IMG/VR virus record: IMGVR_UViG_3300047560_000921
Span: 124,001-188,000 of that record
Length of the DNA stretch: 64,000 nucleotides
Reading direction: 5' to 3' (one strand)
Below are positions 8,616 to 17,358 of the stretch, in pieces (the stretch's first letter is position 1; each line of letters starts with the position of its first letter). The position numbers and the translations under genes are program-made. Under the pieces are notes generated by a model. The model did no database searches and had not been told where the DNA came from. It was given only the letters and a program-made list of their open reading frames with translations.

Positions 8616-10144
8616 TACAGCATACCTTCTAACATTTGTTCGCCCTGTTCAACAGTTTCAGGATCGTCAAACATGTTACTGTCATTGTCCTTACCTGCAT
8701 CTTCAGTTTCAAACAAACTGTTAAATCCTGCAACAGTACTCTTAAGAGTCTTAGTGCCGTTAAAGTTAGCTAACAAATCTTGTGCTTTGTCTAACTCAGT
8801 AAACGGAGTTTGACTTGTAAACACACGATTAACAAGTTCGTTCATGTAAATTACATTACGTGGAACCCACTCGCTAAACTCATCTGCACCTTTCTTAACC
8901 TTGTGCCATGCACTTGGATCTGGTTGATGCATTGCACAAGCCGCATCGTTTAATGCGTTAGCACGTTGTACACTTTCAATGTGTTGGTAAACGTTGTGAC
9001 CCATCATTAGGAAGTAAGAGAAACTATCCCAAGATGTTCGACCTTCTTTACCTAACTTGTTTAGCATACCAGGAGCATACCAACACAAGTCACCCATTGT
9101 CATACGTTCGCCCACTGGACTGTTCCATGGCCAAGCAACTTTACTACCGCTCAATTTCTTATTATCGATAGCCTTAGTCATCAAGTAACTAAAACGATCA
9201 TTTTGATGAACGTGTTGTGTGTATACTTGTCCGTATGCAGTTGCCAAGAATGGACTTGCACAGTCAAATGTAACTTTCATGTTAGGGTTAACATGTTCAC
9301 GGATGTTACGTTGAACGGCCGTTAACAAGCAGGCAAGTTCAAGTTTACTAGTTCCCAGGAAGTGGATTACGTCTCGTCCAGGTTCTAGTAGTTTTTCGTC
9401 ACGTAGTTTAATTAGGCGTCGCAACATAAGGTCTACGTCCTTCATGTTGTTACCCCCCATGGCCCAACCTTCGAATGGATAATGCTTAACTGCATCATAC
9501 CAAATTTCTGCGTCAACGTTGTTACCGCCTTGTAGAACGTTTAGGAACTTAGTCTTGCCTTGGCGATGCTTTAAGAAGAAATCGTTGTTAAACAATGTTC
9601 CTTTTAAACAGTCGTTAAAGTCTTTAAGTCCTGTACGTGGTTGGTTAATAGGATTACTTGCCCATGTAGGTAAGTCAAGCACCATACTATAATCAGCAGT
9701 AAACTCTAACCAGTTAAGGATAGCCATACGAGTTTTATCTGCTTCGCCGATGTAGCCAGCATCGCCTTGCTTTTCCCAGAAGTGCTTCCAGTCAAAGTTA
9801 ATAACACCTTTACCAATCTGGAATCCACCAGAGTCTCCTAAGATAAAAGTATTAGGCTTGTCACGTTGTTGTACCATGCTTTCTTGCACCCAAGACTTTT
9901 TCAAATCTAATTGTGCATGTCCGGCCGAGTACAGTGCGTGACTATAATGAAAGTATGCCTTTTCCTTATTAAGGAAGTTCATACCTTCGATACCATTCTC
10001 AAACTCAGAAGGAATACGACTAGCTTCAATGTATTCACCTTCTTGTTGTTTAGAGATAAAGGTATTGTAGAATCCGCTAATACTAGGCAAGAATATTGCA
10101 TAGTCTTTATTGCGCGGATCTAAGTCCACTGTTGTTTTACTCAT
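8615..10144 (-). CDS. tRNA-guanine transglycosylase fold protein (TGT/DpdA-like deazaguanine transglycosylase)
   Basis: ILGDSGGFQI, MVLDLP, GWAMGG, IHFLGT, TFDCASP (nucleophile-position Asp), GHNV; co-located with folE/queD/queE. Confidence 0.85.
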   Translation of the reverse strand: MSKTTVDLDPRNKDYAIFLPSISGFYNTFISKQQEGEYIEASRIPSEFENGIEGMNFLNKEKAYFHYSHALYSAGHAQLDLKKSWVQESMVQQRDKPNTFILGDSGGFQIGKGVINFDWKHFWEKQGDAGYIGEADKTRMAILNWLEFTADYSMVLDLPTWASNPINQPRTGLKDFNDCLKGTLFNNDFFLKHRQGKTKFLNVLQGGNNVDAEIWYDAVKHYPFEGWAMGGNNMKDVDLMLRRLIKLRDEKLLEPGRDVIHFLGTSKLELACLLTAVQRNIREHVNPNMKVTFDCASPFLATAYGQVYTQHVHQNDRFSYLMTKAIDNKKLSGSKVAWPWNSPVGERMTMGDLCWYAPGMLNKLGKEGRTSWDSFSYFLMMGHNVYQHIESVQRANALNDAACAMHQPDPSAWHKVKKGADEFSEWVPRNVIYMNELVNRVFTSQTPFTELDKAQDLLANFNGTKTLKSTVAGFNSLFETEDAGKDNDSNMFDDPETVEQGEQMLEGML

Positions 10145-10366
10145 TTATCGTCTTTCGTCCTCGTCCCAATGATCAAGCGATTCTCGATCATGATCGTGTT
10201 GTAGTCGCTGTAGCCTAGCGATTTCGTCTTTAAGCATTAGCTTTTGTTTTTTCATCTCATGTAGTTTCTTTTCTTCTACATGAGGATGATTACGTTCCAT
10301 GTCTGCAATTTGCTTATCTAATAGATGATGGGATTCTGTTAGATGTTTGATGCGGTTCTCGTACAT
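10145..10366 (-). CDS. YdcH/DUF465-like coiled-coil protein
   Basis: HHLLDKQI...MKKQKLMLKDEI pattern, 73 aa. Confidence 0.7.
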   Translation of the reverse strand: MYENRIKHLTESHHLLDKQIADMERNHPHVEEKKLHEMKKQKLMLKDEIARLQRLQHDHDRESLDHWDEDERR

Positions 10367-10378
10367 GGAAGCTCCTTA

Positions 10379-11119
10379 TTAACGAGTCATTGCTGGAAGG
10401 ATGTAATCGTATGTACCAATGCCACTATCGACGCGGATCATACATGCACCCTGGTTGCTGAAGTTAACAGCACAAATACCACCCATGCCCAACTTAAGAA
10501 TGTTTAGGAACTGTGTAAGTGGGAAGCTAAGGTCACCTTTGATAGTGCCGCCTACATTGTTTGCAAATGTACGCTTACCAAAGTGACTGCCGCCGTTGGC
10601 GCTACCTAGTTCAAACACTAAGTTACCATTGTCTGTGCGAACAGTAAATGTTGGCTCAATGCTAGAATAAATGCTAGCAGCCTGTGCCAAGTCTTGTACT
10701 TTGGCTTTTGTAGGTTCAAATGTCACGTCCCATGTAGCACCTTTGAACTTAACAGTTTGGATCTGTGTATCGATAACTTCTTTGCTCATCAATCGATACT
10801 TGTCCGAGTTACCGTCTGGGTCTTTGAACACTAGTGTTTCAGGCAAGTCTACACCATTGCGGTTAGTCTTAACTACTTCTACAGTTGTACCATCTTTGGC
10901 ATACAAGTTACAAACACCGTTCAAGAAGCCTAGGTTACCCATACCAAATTCGCCGACAAAGTCGCCTTCTGGTTTGTGTAGTTTGGCATTCAGGATAACA
11001 GTCTTGTCCTGGTCAATGGCCGCAATTTGTGTTTCTTCTGCGGTTCCTGTTACCTTAAGACTGTCAATAATGCCAAGTCCGCTGGTATGTCTAACGATAT
11101 CTAATACGATGTCTTTCAT
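10379..11119 (-). CDS. DNA polymerase sliding clamp (T4 gp45-like)
   Basis: 246 aa, beta-rich, ends YDYILPA, directly downstream of the DNA polymerase gene. Confidence 0.65.
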   Translation of the reverse strand: MKDIVLDIVRHTSGLGIIDSLKVTGTAEETQIAAIDQDKTVILNAKLHKPEGDFVGEFGMGNLGFLNGVCNLYAKDGTTVEVVKTNRNGVDLPETLVFKDPDGNSDKYRLMSKEVIDTQIQTVKFKGATWDVTFEPTKAKVQDLAQAASIYSSIEPTFTVRTDNGNLVFELGSANGGSHFGKRTFANNVGGTIKGDLSFPLTQFLNILKLGMGGICAVNFSNQGACMIRVDSGIGTYDYILPAMTR

Positions 11120-11139
11120 CTGTGTATCTCCTTTGTGTG

Positions 11140-11168
11140 AGTATATAGGTTTATTTAGGTCATGTCAA
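11140..11168 (-). promoter_or_regulatory. sigma70-type promoter
   Basis: TTGACA-N17-TATACT upstream of the clamp/TGT operon. Confidence 0.8.
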
Positions 11169-11171
11169 CTA

Positions 11172-13817
11172 TTATTCAAATAATAGGTTGAATGTGTTTT
11201 TCATTTTTGTTGACTGTAAGTCCCATCCTAGAACGCCTAGTAGGTTGTCAATCTTGTTATCAATAATAGTTTCTTCCATTGCGTCTTCATCAAACGGAAG
11301 TTCTTTGAACCACATTGGAAGTCTCTGTTCGTCGGTTGGATAAGCGATACTGGTCATGTTTAATGGATTGCTTTTCAATTTGCAAACAACAACTTTCATA
11401 CCGTCAACTGCATCCATACTAAATTGGTCGCCGTGCATCTTTTTAATGCGATTCCAATTGATAGCCGCCATGGCATGTCCAACTCCACATTTACCAGTTT
11501 TGTTAAACACAGCAGTATGTTGAGTCAAATTGTTAACACGCTTCGGTGTACCTTTTTCCCAAGCAGCCTTGGCTTTAAAGCCTTTTCTAAAGTCCAAGAT
11601 TCTGTCTAGGATCTTTTGACGTTCTTCTCCAGTTAGCAACATAAGCAAAATCTCTTCAAGAAACTTTTGCATAAATTCTGGAGTGTCTGCTCGCTTAAGG
11701 TCGAGACCCATAGCTTTAACTTCGCCCGGCTCTCCGTCCAAGTCCTTGCGCTTGCCTTCCTTATCATAGATAAGAACAGCATAACGCTTCTTGGTCATGT
11801 AAATGCCTTTACTAGCAACAACTTCTCGACCAGCTTTAATAGGAGCCGCATATACGCCTGGCACATTAAACGCACGATTCATAAATGAAGGGAATGTATC
11901 GTTAACTTCGTTACTTACAGTATCGTATAGTTCAACAATCTTGTCCTTACTCCATTCAATCTCGCCACGTTCGGCTTCGCCTTTAAACACCGGCCATGCG
12001 CTAAAGTAAACAGAGTCAGTATCACCGTAGATAATAGTTTCACCTACGTGATTGTATTCTCCTGTAAACATAGCATTAACTTGTGCCGCCATGTGTCTAG
12101 CAATGCAACGACCTGTAAGAGTAGTTGATTGTCCTAGTCGTTGGTCGAAGAACCTGCTACCTGCGTTAAGCAAAGCGCCGTATGCAGAGTTCAAGTTAAT
12201 CTTCTTAACTAGCTGTCGCTTGTCCCAGAACTCAAACTCTTTTTCGTTGTCAATACATGCCTTGGCTTTCTTCTGCAAGTCTTTACGCTCACTGTACCAA
12301 CGCTCTAACAAGCCTGGAATAACACCCTTCTCGGTAAAGTTAAAGATAGTACCGTTGGCACTAATCATTAAGTTTTGTCCGCTAAGGAAAATCATTTCAT
12401 ACGCTTGCTTTCCGCTAACTTGTTCACTGCGACCATTTTCCCAGTCAATGATAACGTCTGTGCCAACATCTTGGTTCATTACAACTTCGTATTCCATTGT
12501 GGCAAATCTGCCGTCCCAACAGTCAGCAAAGCTCTTGCCAGCATCCATTCCATCGCGGATCATTTTCTTTGTCATATCAAGACGCAGTTGTCCTACGATG
12601 GTTTCTGGACTCATGTTAAGCGCACGAATAACAGAAGGATACAGTGAGTTCAAGTCCATTGAGCCAATCCATTCGTGAATACCTTTTTTGGGGTAAGCAA
12701 CGTATGCACCAGCGGCCTGTGTTTCTGCGTGATCCCTTGTACGGTCCGGAACAATAAGTCCACGATTGTGTGCTTCTCTGATAACAGCTTGGTCAGTTAC
12801 AGCAACAGCGCCCATGGTAGTTTGGAACAATACACAGTTAGCATGAGCCAACACGTTTACTAAGTCAATGTACTGTAGCTTTTTATCCAGCTTGACTAAC
12901 AGCATAACGTCTTGCCTGTTATACGCAATAAACTTTTCAAAGTCATTGTTGTATAACTGATCTAGTGTACCTTCGTAGTGAACTTTAGTTTCACCTAGTT
13001 CATATTCTCCCACATAGTCTAGGCGGTATGTATGAAGTTCATGATAAGTGTACTTGCGGTATAGTTCAAGATAGTCTAAGTGTACACGACCGATTAAGTC
13101 GTAGGTAACAGCAGTCTTGCCGTACTTTTCAAATTCACGTGCCTTAGGCTTTTGTCCCCACAAGCAGAAACGCTTGCAGTGGTCCTGCCCCATTACTCGA
13201 GCAATACGATTAAACGTATATGGAATGTCAAAGCCTTCACTGTTCCAGCCGCTAAGAATGTCAGCATCGTCGACTAGTTGAATAAACATATCCAACATTT
13301 CTTCTTCTGTGCTACACAGAACTGTATTGTCGAATCTGCTACATATATCTTCGGCTTGTGCCACAGACAATGTGTCTGGCTTTAAACAAAGAGTAATAAG
13401 TCTATCTAACCAGCTTAGATATAATGTGATACTGGTAATGTTGTTAAAAGGATCGCTGGGATCAGCAAAACCTTTTTCTTTATCGAAGTTAACTTCAATG
13501 TCGAAGAAGCATACGTTTAGTTCAGGAGTATCACCGTTTGGATACTCATCTTCTAAACAACGGAACACAGGCTTGATATCGCTTTCATACAGTTTCTTAC
13601 CACTGTAGATGCGCTTCTCTTTGTCAAAGGCCTTGTGATTGTTAACAGCTACTTTGCTCAGTGGCTGTCCATAGATGCTTTTGTATTTGCCCTTGGCGTC
13701 AGGATAATAAAATACATACTTGGCAGGAATGTCTTTGAACTTCCTTTGTCCGTTAATACGCTCGACAACTTGAATTAAGTCTTTTTGTTTATTGTAGAAT
13801 GCGTCTACATAACTCAT
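11172..13817 (-). CDS. family B DNA polymerase (T4 gp43-like)
   Basis: Exonuclease motifs FFDIEV, GWNSEGFDIPY, YNRQD; polymerase motifs MDLNSLYPS, KINLNSAYG, YGDTDS, KKRY. Confidence 0.97.
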   Translation of the reverse strand: MSYVDAFYNKQKDLIQVVERINGQRKFKDIPAKYVFYYPDAKGKYKSIYGQPLSKVAVNNHKAFDKEKRIYSGKKLYESDIKPVFRCLEDEYPNGDTPELNVCFFDIEVNFDKEKGFADPSDPFNNITSITLYLSWLDRLITLCLKPDTLSVAQAEDICSRFDNTVLCSTEEEMLDMFIQLVDDADILSGWNSEGFDIPYTFNRIARVMGQDHCKRFCLWGQKPKAREFEKYGKTAVTYDLIGRVHLDYLELYRKYTYHELHTYRLDYVGEYELGETKVHYEGTLDQLYNNDFEKFIAYNRQDVMLLVKLDKKLQYIDLVNVLAHANCVLFQTTMGAVAVTDQAVIREAHNRGLIVPDRTRDHAETQAAGAYVAYPKKGIHEWIGSMDLNSLYPSVIRALNMSPETIVGQLRLDMTKKMIRDGMDAGKSFADCWDGRFATMEYEVVMNQDVGTDVIIDWENGRSEQVSGKQAYEMIFLSGQNLMISANGTIFNFTEKGVIPGLLERWYSERKDLQKKAKACIDNEKEFEFWDKRQLVKKINLNSAYGALLNAGSRFFDQRLGQSTTLTGRCIARHMAAQVNAMFTGEYNHVGETIIYGDTDSVYFSAWPVFKGEAERGEIEWSKDKIVELYDTVSNEVNDTFPSFMNRAFNVPGVYAAPIKAGREVVASKGIYMTKKRYAVLIYDKEGKRKDLDGEPGEVKAMGLDLKRADTPEFMQKFLEEILLMLLTGEERQKILDRILDFRKGFKAKAAWEKGTPKRVNNLTQHTAVFNKTGKCGVGHAMAAINWNRIKKMHGDQFSMDAVDGMKVVVCKLKSNPLNMTSIAYPTDEQRLPMWFKELPFDEDAMEETIIDNKIDNLLGVLGWDLQSTKMKNTFNLLFE

Positions 13818-14116
13818 TTAATAATCATCCTAATTAGCCCAATAGAATCTATTGTAGTTAGTAGCAAGTAATTTGCTAGCATACCGAAACTACCTCTAGT
13901 CCAAGCCGCCCACGCATATAACGCACAACCACATATCCATATTGGATACAGTATTATAAGCGGTGGGTTGGGTACTGTCAACATCATTACAATGCTATTG
14001 CCAATACTAATGGTCCAGGCCAGAACTTCGATGTAAAATCGAAATGGCCATTCATGGTAGTCCTCTTTGATCCACGCCCATGTGGGCGCGAACCAAGATT
14101 TCAGTTTATTGATCAA
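13814..14116 (-). CDS. small membrane protein (about 3 TM segments)
   Basis: 100 aa with hydrophobic segments; overlaps both neighbours by 4 nt. Confidence 0.65.
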   Translation of the reverse strand: MINKLKSWFAPTWAWIKEDYHEWPFRFYIEVLAWTISIGNSIVMMLTVPNPPLIILYPIWICGCALYAWAAWTRGSFGMLANYLLLTTIDSIGLIRMIIK

Positions 14117-14373
14117 AGGGTAAAGCCTGAAGCTTCGAGCACTTCTTCGACTTCGCTAAATGCTTCTTGCTCGTCTTTAAGTGCGTTTTTGTGTGCGATT
14201 TTTAAAGCCTTATTAAGCACTGCTGGCTTCATATCCATTTCTTCCGCAATGGACTTAACAGTGTCTTTAAGACCTTCACGAAGATCCTCCATCTCGCGCA
14301 TTACACGCATACCTTCGTTGAATAGTTTCTTGAGTTTTGCAATATCTTCTGAATTGAATGAACGACCTGACAT
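14113..14373 (-). CDS. T4 DsbA-like dsDNA-binding protein
   Basis: 86-aa helical protein with LKDTVKSIAEEMDMKPAVLNKALKIAHK pattern; strong AGGAG RBS. Confidence 0.65.
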   Translation of the reverse strand: MSGRSFNSEDIAKLKKLFNEGMRVMREMEDLREGLKDTVKSIAEEMDMKPAVLNKALKIAHKNALKDEQEAFSEVEEVLEASGFTL

Positions 14374-14399
14374 AGGTTCTCCTAAAAAATTTATAATGT

Positions 14400-14429
14400 A
14401 TTATAATTTAGTAGACCTATGTCAGTCAA
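14400..14429 (-). promoter_or_regulatory. sigma70-type promoter
   Basis: TTGACT-N18-TATAAT upstream of the dsDNA-binding protein/polymerase genes. Confidence 0.7.
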
Positions 14430-14499
14430 GTCACATCTTAGATATTGGTGTTATTTCTTCGGGTGCTTGCCACCGCAGATTGGACAATCGTCATGCATA

Positions 14500-15036
14500 T
14501 TATTGATCCGGTGTTTCAAATAAGTCAGCTTCTGCGACTCTACGCTTAGTCAAACCAGGAAGTTCTTTTCCTCCTGCTTTGTTCCAACGCATAAACTGTT
14601 CGCGGCATCCTGCAAAGTTACCTGCGTTTACAGTCTTAAGCAAAGTGCTGGCACGTAAGTTACCTACACCTGCATTGTAAGCAAAGCTAACTAGCGCATC
14701 AAACATGTTTTGGGTGACGTGCGGGTTAGTTACCAATTTGTCCACATTGTGGGCAAACTCGTCTACTTCAGTTTCAAATAACTCGTTAGCATCAGCTAGC
14801 GAACATTCGTCACCGTCTGCTACTGGTGTATCGTCTGCCCAACGTGTATTGCCCCAACCAATGGTTGCAACGTTGGCACTACAGCGGTAGCTATATACTG
14901 TCTGTTCTGTGTTGATTAGGTTTGTTACTGGTTTTGGTTTGATCTTACCTAGTGCGGCAGATCCTGGGATTGAACTATAGCATCCTTCAAAATGCTTAAT
15001 TAAATCTAATCCATGTTGACCTATTGTTCTAGCCAT
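14500..15036 (-). CDS. GH24 lysozyme (endolysin)
   Basis: LIKHFEG...CSANVATIGWG, FDALVSFAYNAG, WNKAGGKELPGLTKRRVAE; ACAGGAG RBS before ATG 15036. Confidence 0.92.
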   Translation of the reverse strand: MARTIGQHGLDLIKHFEGCYSSIPGSAALGKIKPKPVTNLINTEQTVYSYRCSANVATIGWGNTRWADDTPVADGDECSLADANELFETEVDEFAHNVDKLVTNPHVTQNMFDALVSFAYNAGVGNLRASTLLKTVNAGNFAGCREQFMRWNKAGGKELPGLTKRRVAEADLFETPDQ

Positions 15037-15062
15037 ATGTGTGCTCCTGTATATCCTTATAT

Positions 15063-16241
15063 TTACCAAATATAGGGAAACAGTTGCTGGCTGTTTGTTT
15101 TCCTGATTGCGTCTAAGTCCGTTAAGTACTTACGGGTAGATTCTATTCCATTGCTGTGAGTTTTAAGCAAATTATCCACTAAATCAGGCATTTCAGAAGT
15201 TAAATTATGCTCTTTGAGCCATTGTCTGTGGAACTGAGTCATACGCCTTGCTTCGTCTCTATGTTCCATGGGCAGTAAATCAGCTTTTAAATTCTCTGGG
15301 AAACTGATAGTGTTGTATTGATAATTGTGTATGCCCGTAGCGGTGTAGATAGCACGTTCAATCTTGTCCAGGTCCAGGATGTTTAATATGCTAATGCTAG
15401 GGGTAATTTTAATGTCAATGTGTGGGCATTGGTTCTTAACCTGTGTTAAGTTTTCTAGTATTTGCTTCCAGCTGGCACCCCGACGAATGTAATCAAATCG
15501 GTCCCAGACGTTGTCTATGCTAACTAGCATACTGATATTGCTAAAGTTATTCCATAAGTCCAAGACATTCTTTTTCTTGTAGTTCAAGTTGGTTAAGTTT
15601 GTTATATAGGATATGTTAACTTGCTTTTTGTTTGCGGCAAAGTATTCTAGAATTTCATAGTGCTGATCCGTTACTAGTGGTTCCCCTCCGGCAAAGGTAA
15701 CGTTTTCTACGTCATCTAAATACTCTTCTTTTAACTGTTCCATAATGTCTAAACTTAATATTCTATCATGTCCGCTACTGCGTCCTAATTTAATCCAATC
15801 GCTATGCCATGTGCTACTAAACGTTGGGCCACAACTTACACAGGCCAAATTGCAAACGTTACTGAATCTAATGTCAAGATATTTAAGTTTAAAATCAGTA
15901 AAGTCTGTGGGGTGATATTTAAAGCTATTGATACGCATACTGTCCATACCAACAGCTTCTTGCTCATAGCATTTATAGCAAGTGTCTACAAGCTCACCCG
16001 CCAGCATTTTTTGTTTTATTTCTTTGAACTTGTCACCATTAACTATGTCTATGATTTTAGTTTGGTTTAAGTTACCAATGGGTTTAAGCGGATCACTCAA
16101 GCAACAAGGAAACGCTTTACCGTCGGGCCATGCATGTAAATGAACCCATGGTAAAGTGCAGATGCTTTTATTTGTAGTAGGATCTAAGGATCTCGTACCA
16201 CTCGGGGAAAGTGTCTTTAAAGCTCTGTTTACGATATTCAT
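15063..16241 (-). CDS. N-terminal twitch-domain radical SAM protein
   Basis: CTLPW..DGKAFPCC..CYKC twitch; CNLACVSC; FAGGEP. Confidence 0.9.
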   Translation of the reverse strand: MNIVNRALKTLSPSGTRSLDPTTNKSICTLPWVHLHAWPDGKAFPCCLSDPLKPIGNLNQTKIIDIVNGDKFKEIKQKMLAGELVDTCYKCYEQEAVGMDSMRINSFKYHPTDFTDFKLKYLDIRFSNVCNLACVSCGPTFSSTWHSDWIKLGRSSGHDRILSLDIMEQLKEEYLDDVENVTFAGGEPLVTDQHYEILEYFAANKKQVNISYITNLTNLNYKKKNVLDLWNNFSNISMLVSIDNVWDRFDYIRRGASWKQILENLTQVKNQCPHIDIKITPSISILNILDLDKIERAIYTATGIHNYQYNTISFPENLKADLLPMEHRDEARRMTQFHRQWLKEHNLTSEMPDLVDNLLKTHSNGIESTRKYLTDLDAIRKTNSQQLFPYIW

Positions 16242-17358
16242 CTTGTTCTTCGTTACGCTTCATAAACAAGCGCATCTTTTCTGGGTCTGGTTCACTGGCC
16301 ATGAAGTTTAATATTGGCAGTATCTCTGGCTGGTACTCTTGTAAAGGACTTAACTTCTTAACTAGAATTTCTTTAATAGCAGGATCTAATGCCGCAATGC
16401 TTTGGTCATAAGGTGCATGTAATATATTGTACCAAACGCTGGTACCAATGTTTTTTACAATCTCATTGGTAATTTCATCTAAGTAAAATATATTGTAGTT
16501 ACTTATAGTTGCGTTAGTACTTAATCTAATCCATGAATGTTCTTTGAACTGTAGTACATGGTCACGTACTCGTGCCCATTGGCTAGGATAACGTTGGTAA
16601 TGATGTCTATCGCCAATATCATCAACACTTACTTGTACATCTACCAGTTTAAACTGTTTCCACAATTCAATTTGTTCATCACTAGGCATGATACTGCCGT
16701 TGGTATTGTAGTGTATAGTTTGGCGTTTACTGTATCCTTTTTCCGCACTGTGCTCGAGTATGGTCCACATGTTTTCAATTAGCAATGGTTCACCGCCATA
16801 TAAGTCCATGTGTTCAATGTTAGGTAATGCTTGTTCTAAATTGTCCCAAATGTTTTGATCCTTTTTCCAAGCATCACGCATTTCCTTAAAGCTACGATGA
16901 AACTCTACTTTACTTTCAGTAGGTTTACGCAAGTCATACCATTCGTCAATCCACTGACTGCTATTCATAGGATTACATATACGACATTTTAAGTTGCACA
17001 AGTTACCCATCTTCAAGTCAACAATTTTAATAACATGTTCGCCGGGCATGATTGTTTTCTTGCCGTCTAGGTATTCTTTGCTGTCGCGCATACGCTTACT
17101 GTTTTGGCCAGCACGTTCTTCATCCCAACAACGTTTGCAGTTAGGATGCTTAAAGCCAATGTTCAAGTCTCTGCGTAGCTCGCTCATCCACTTACTGTCA
17201 AAGGCTTCCTGCATGTTGTCTATGCTGGGCTTAAATGGCGTACCGTCATCTTTTCTAATAGCCAGCTCGCTCATACAACATGTTTTGTAATGTCCGTCTG
17301 GCGTAGTGCTAATAGCCGCATTAGGATGAATACAGAATGTTTGTTTATTAATATACAT
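16168..17358 (-). CDS. N-terminal twitch-domain radical SAM protein
   Basis: CIHP..DGHYKTCC..CKRC; CNLKCRIC; YGGEP. Confidence 0.9.
   Translation of the reverse strand: MYINKQTFCIHPNAAISTTPDGHYKTCCMSELAIRKDDGTPFKPSIDNMQEAFDSKWMSELRRDLNIGFKHPNCKRCWDEERAGQNSKRMRDSKEYLDGKKTIMPGEHVIKIVDLKMGNLCNLKCRICNPMNSSQWIDEWYDLRKPTESKVEFHRSFKEMRDAWKKDQNIWDNLEQALPNIEHMDLYGGEPLLIENMWTILEHSAEKGYSKRQTIHYNTNGSIMPSDEQIELWKQFKLVDVQVSVDDIGDRHHYQRYPSQWARVRDHVLQFKEHSWIRLSTNATISNYNIFYLDEITNEIVKNIGTSVWYNILHAPYDQSIAALDPAIKEILVKKLSPLQEYQPEILPILNFMASEPDPEKMRLFMKRNEEQDEYRKQSFKDTFPEWYEILRSYYK

Noticed and set aside
11172-13817. Intein or intron in the DNA polymerase
   Set aside because: All family B motifs occur at normal spacing in 881 aa, with no intein or homing endonuclease motifs
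13814-14116. Small membrane protein as the holin
   Set aside because: It sits in the sigma70-driven replication unit, separated from the endolysin by the dsDNA-binding protein gene and a promoter; nothing beyond hydrophobicity supports the call
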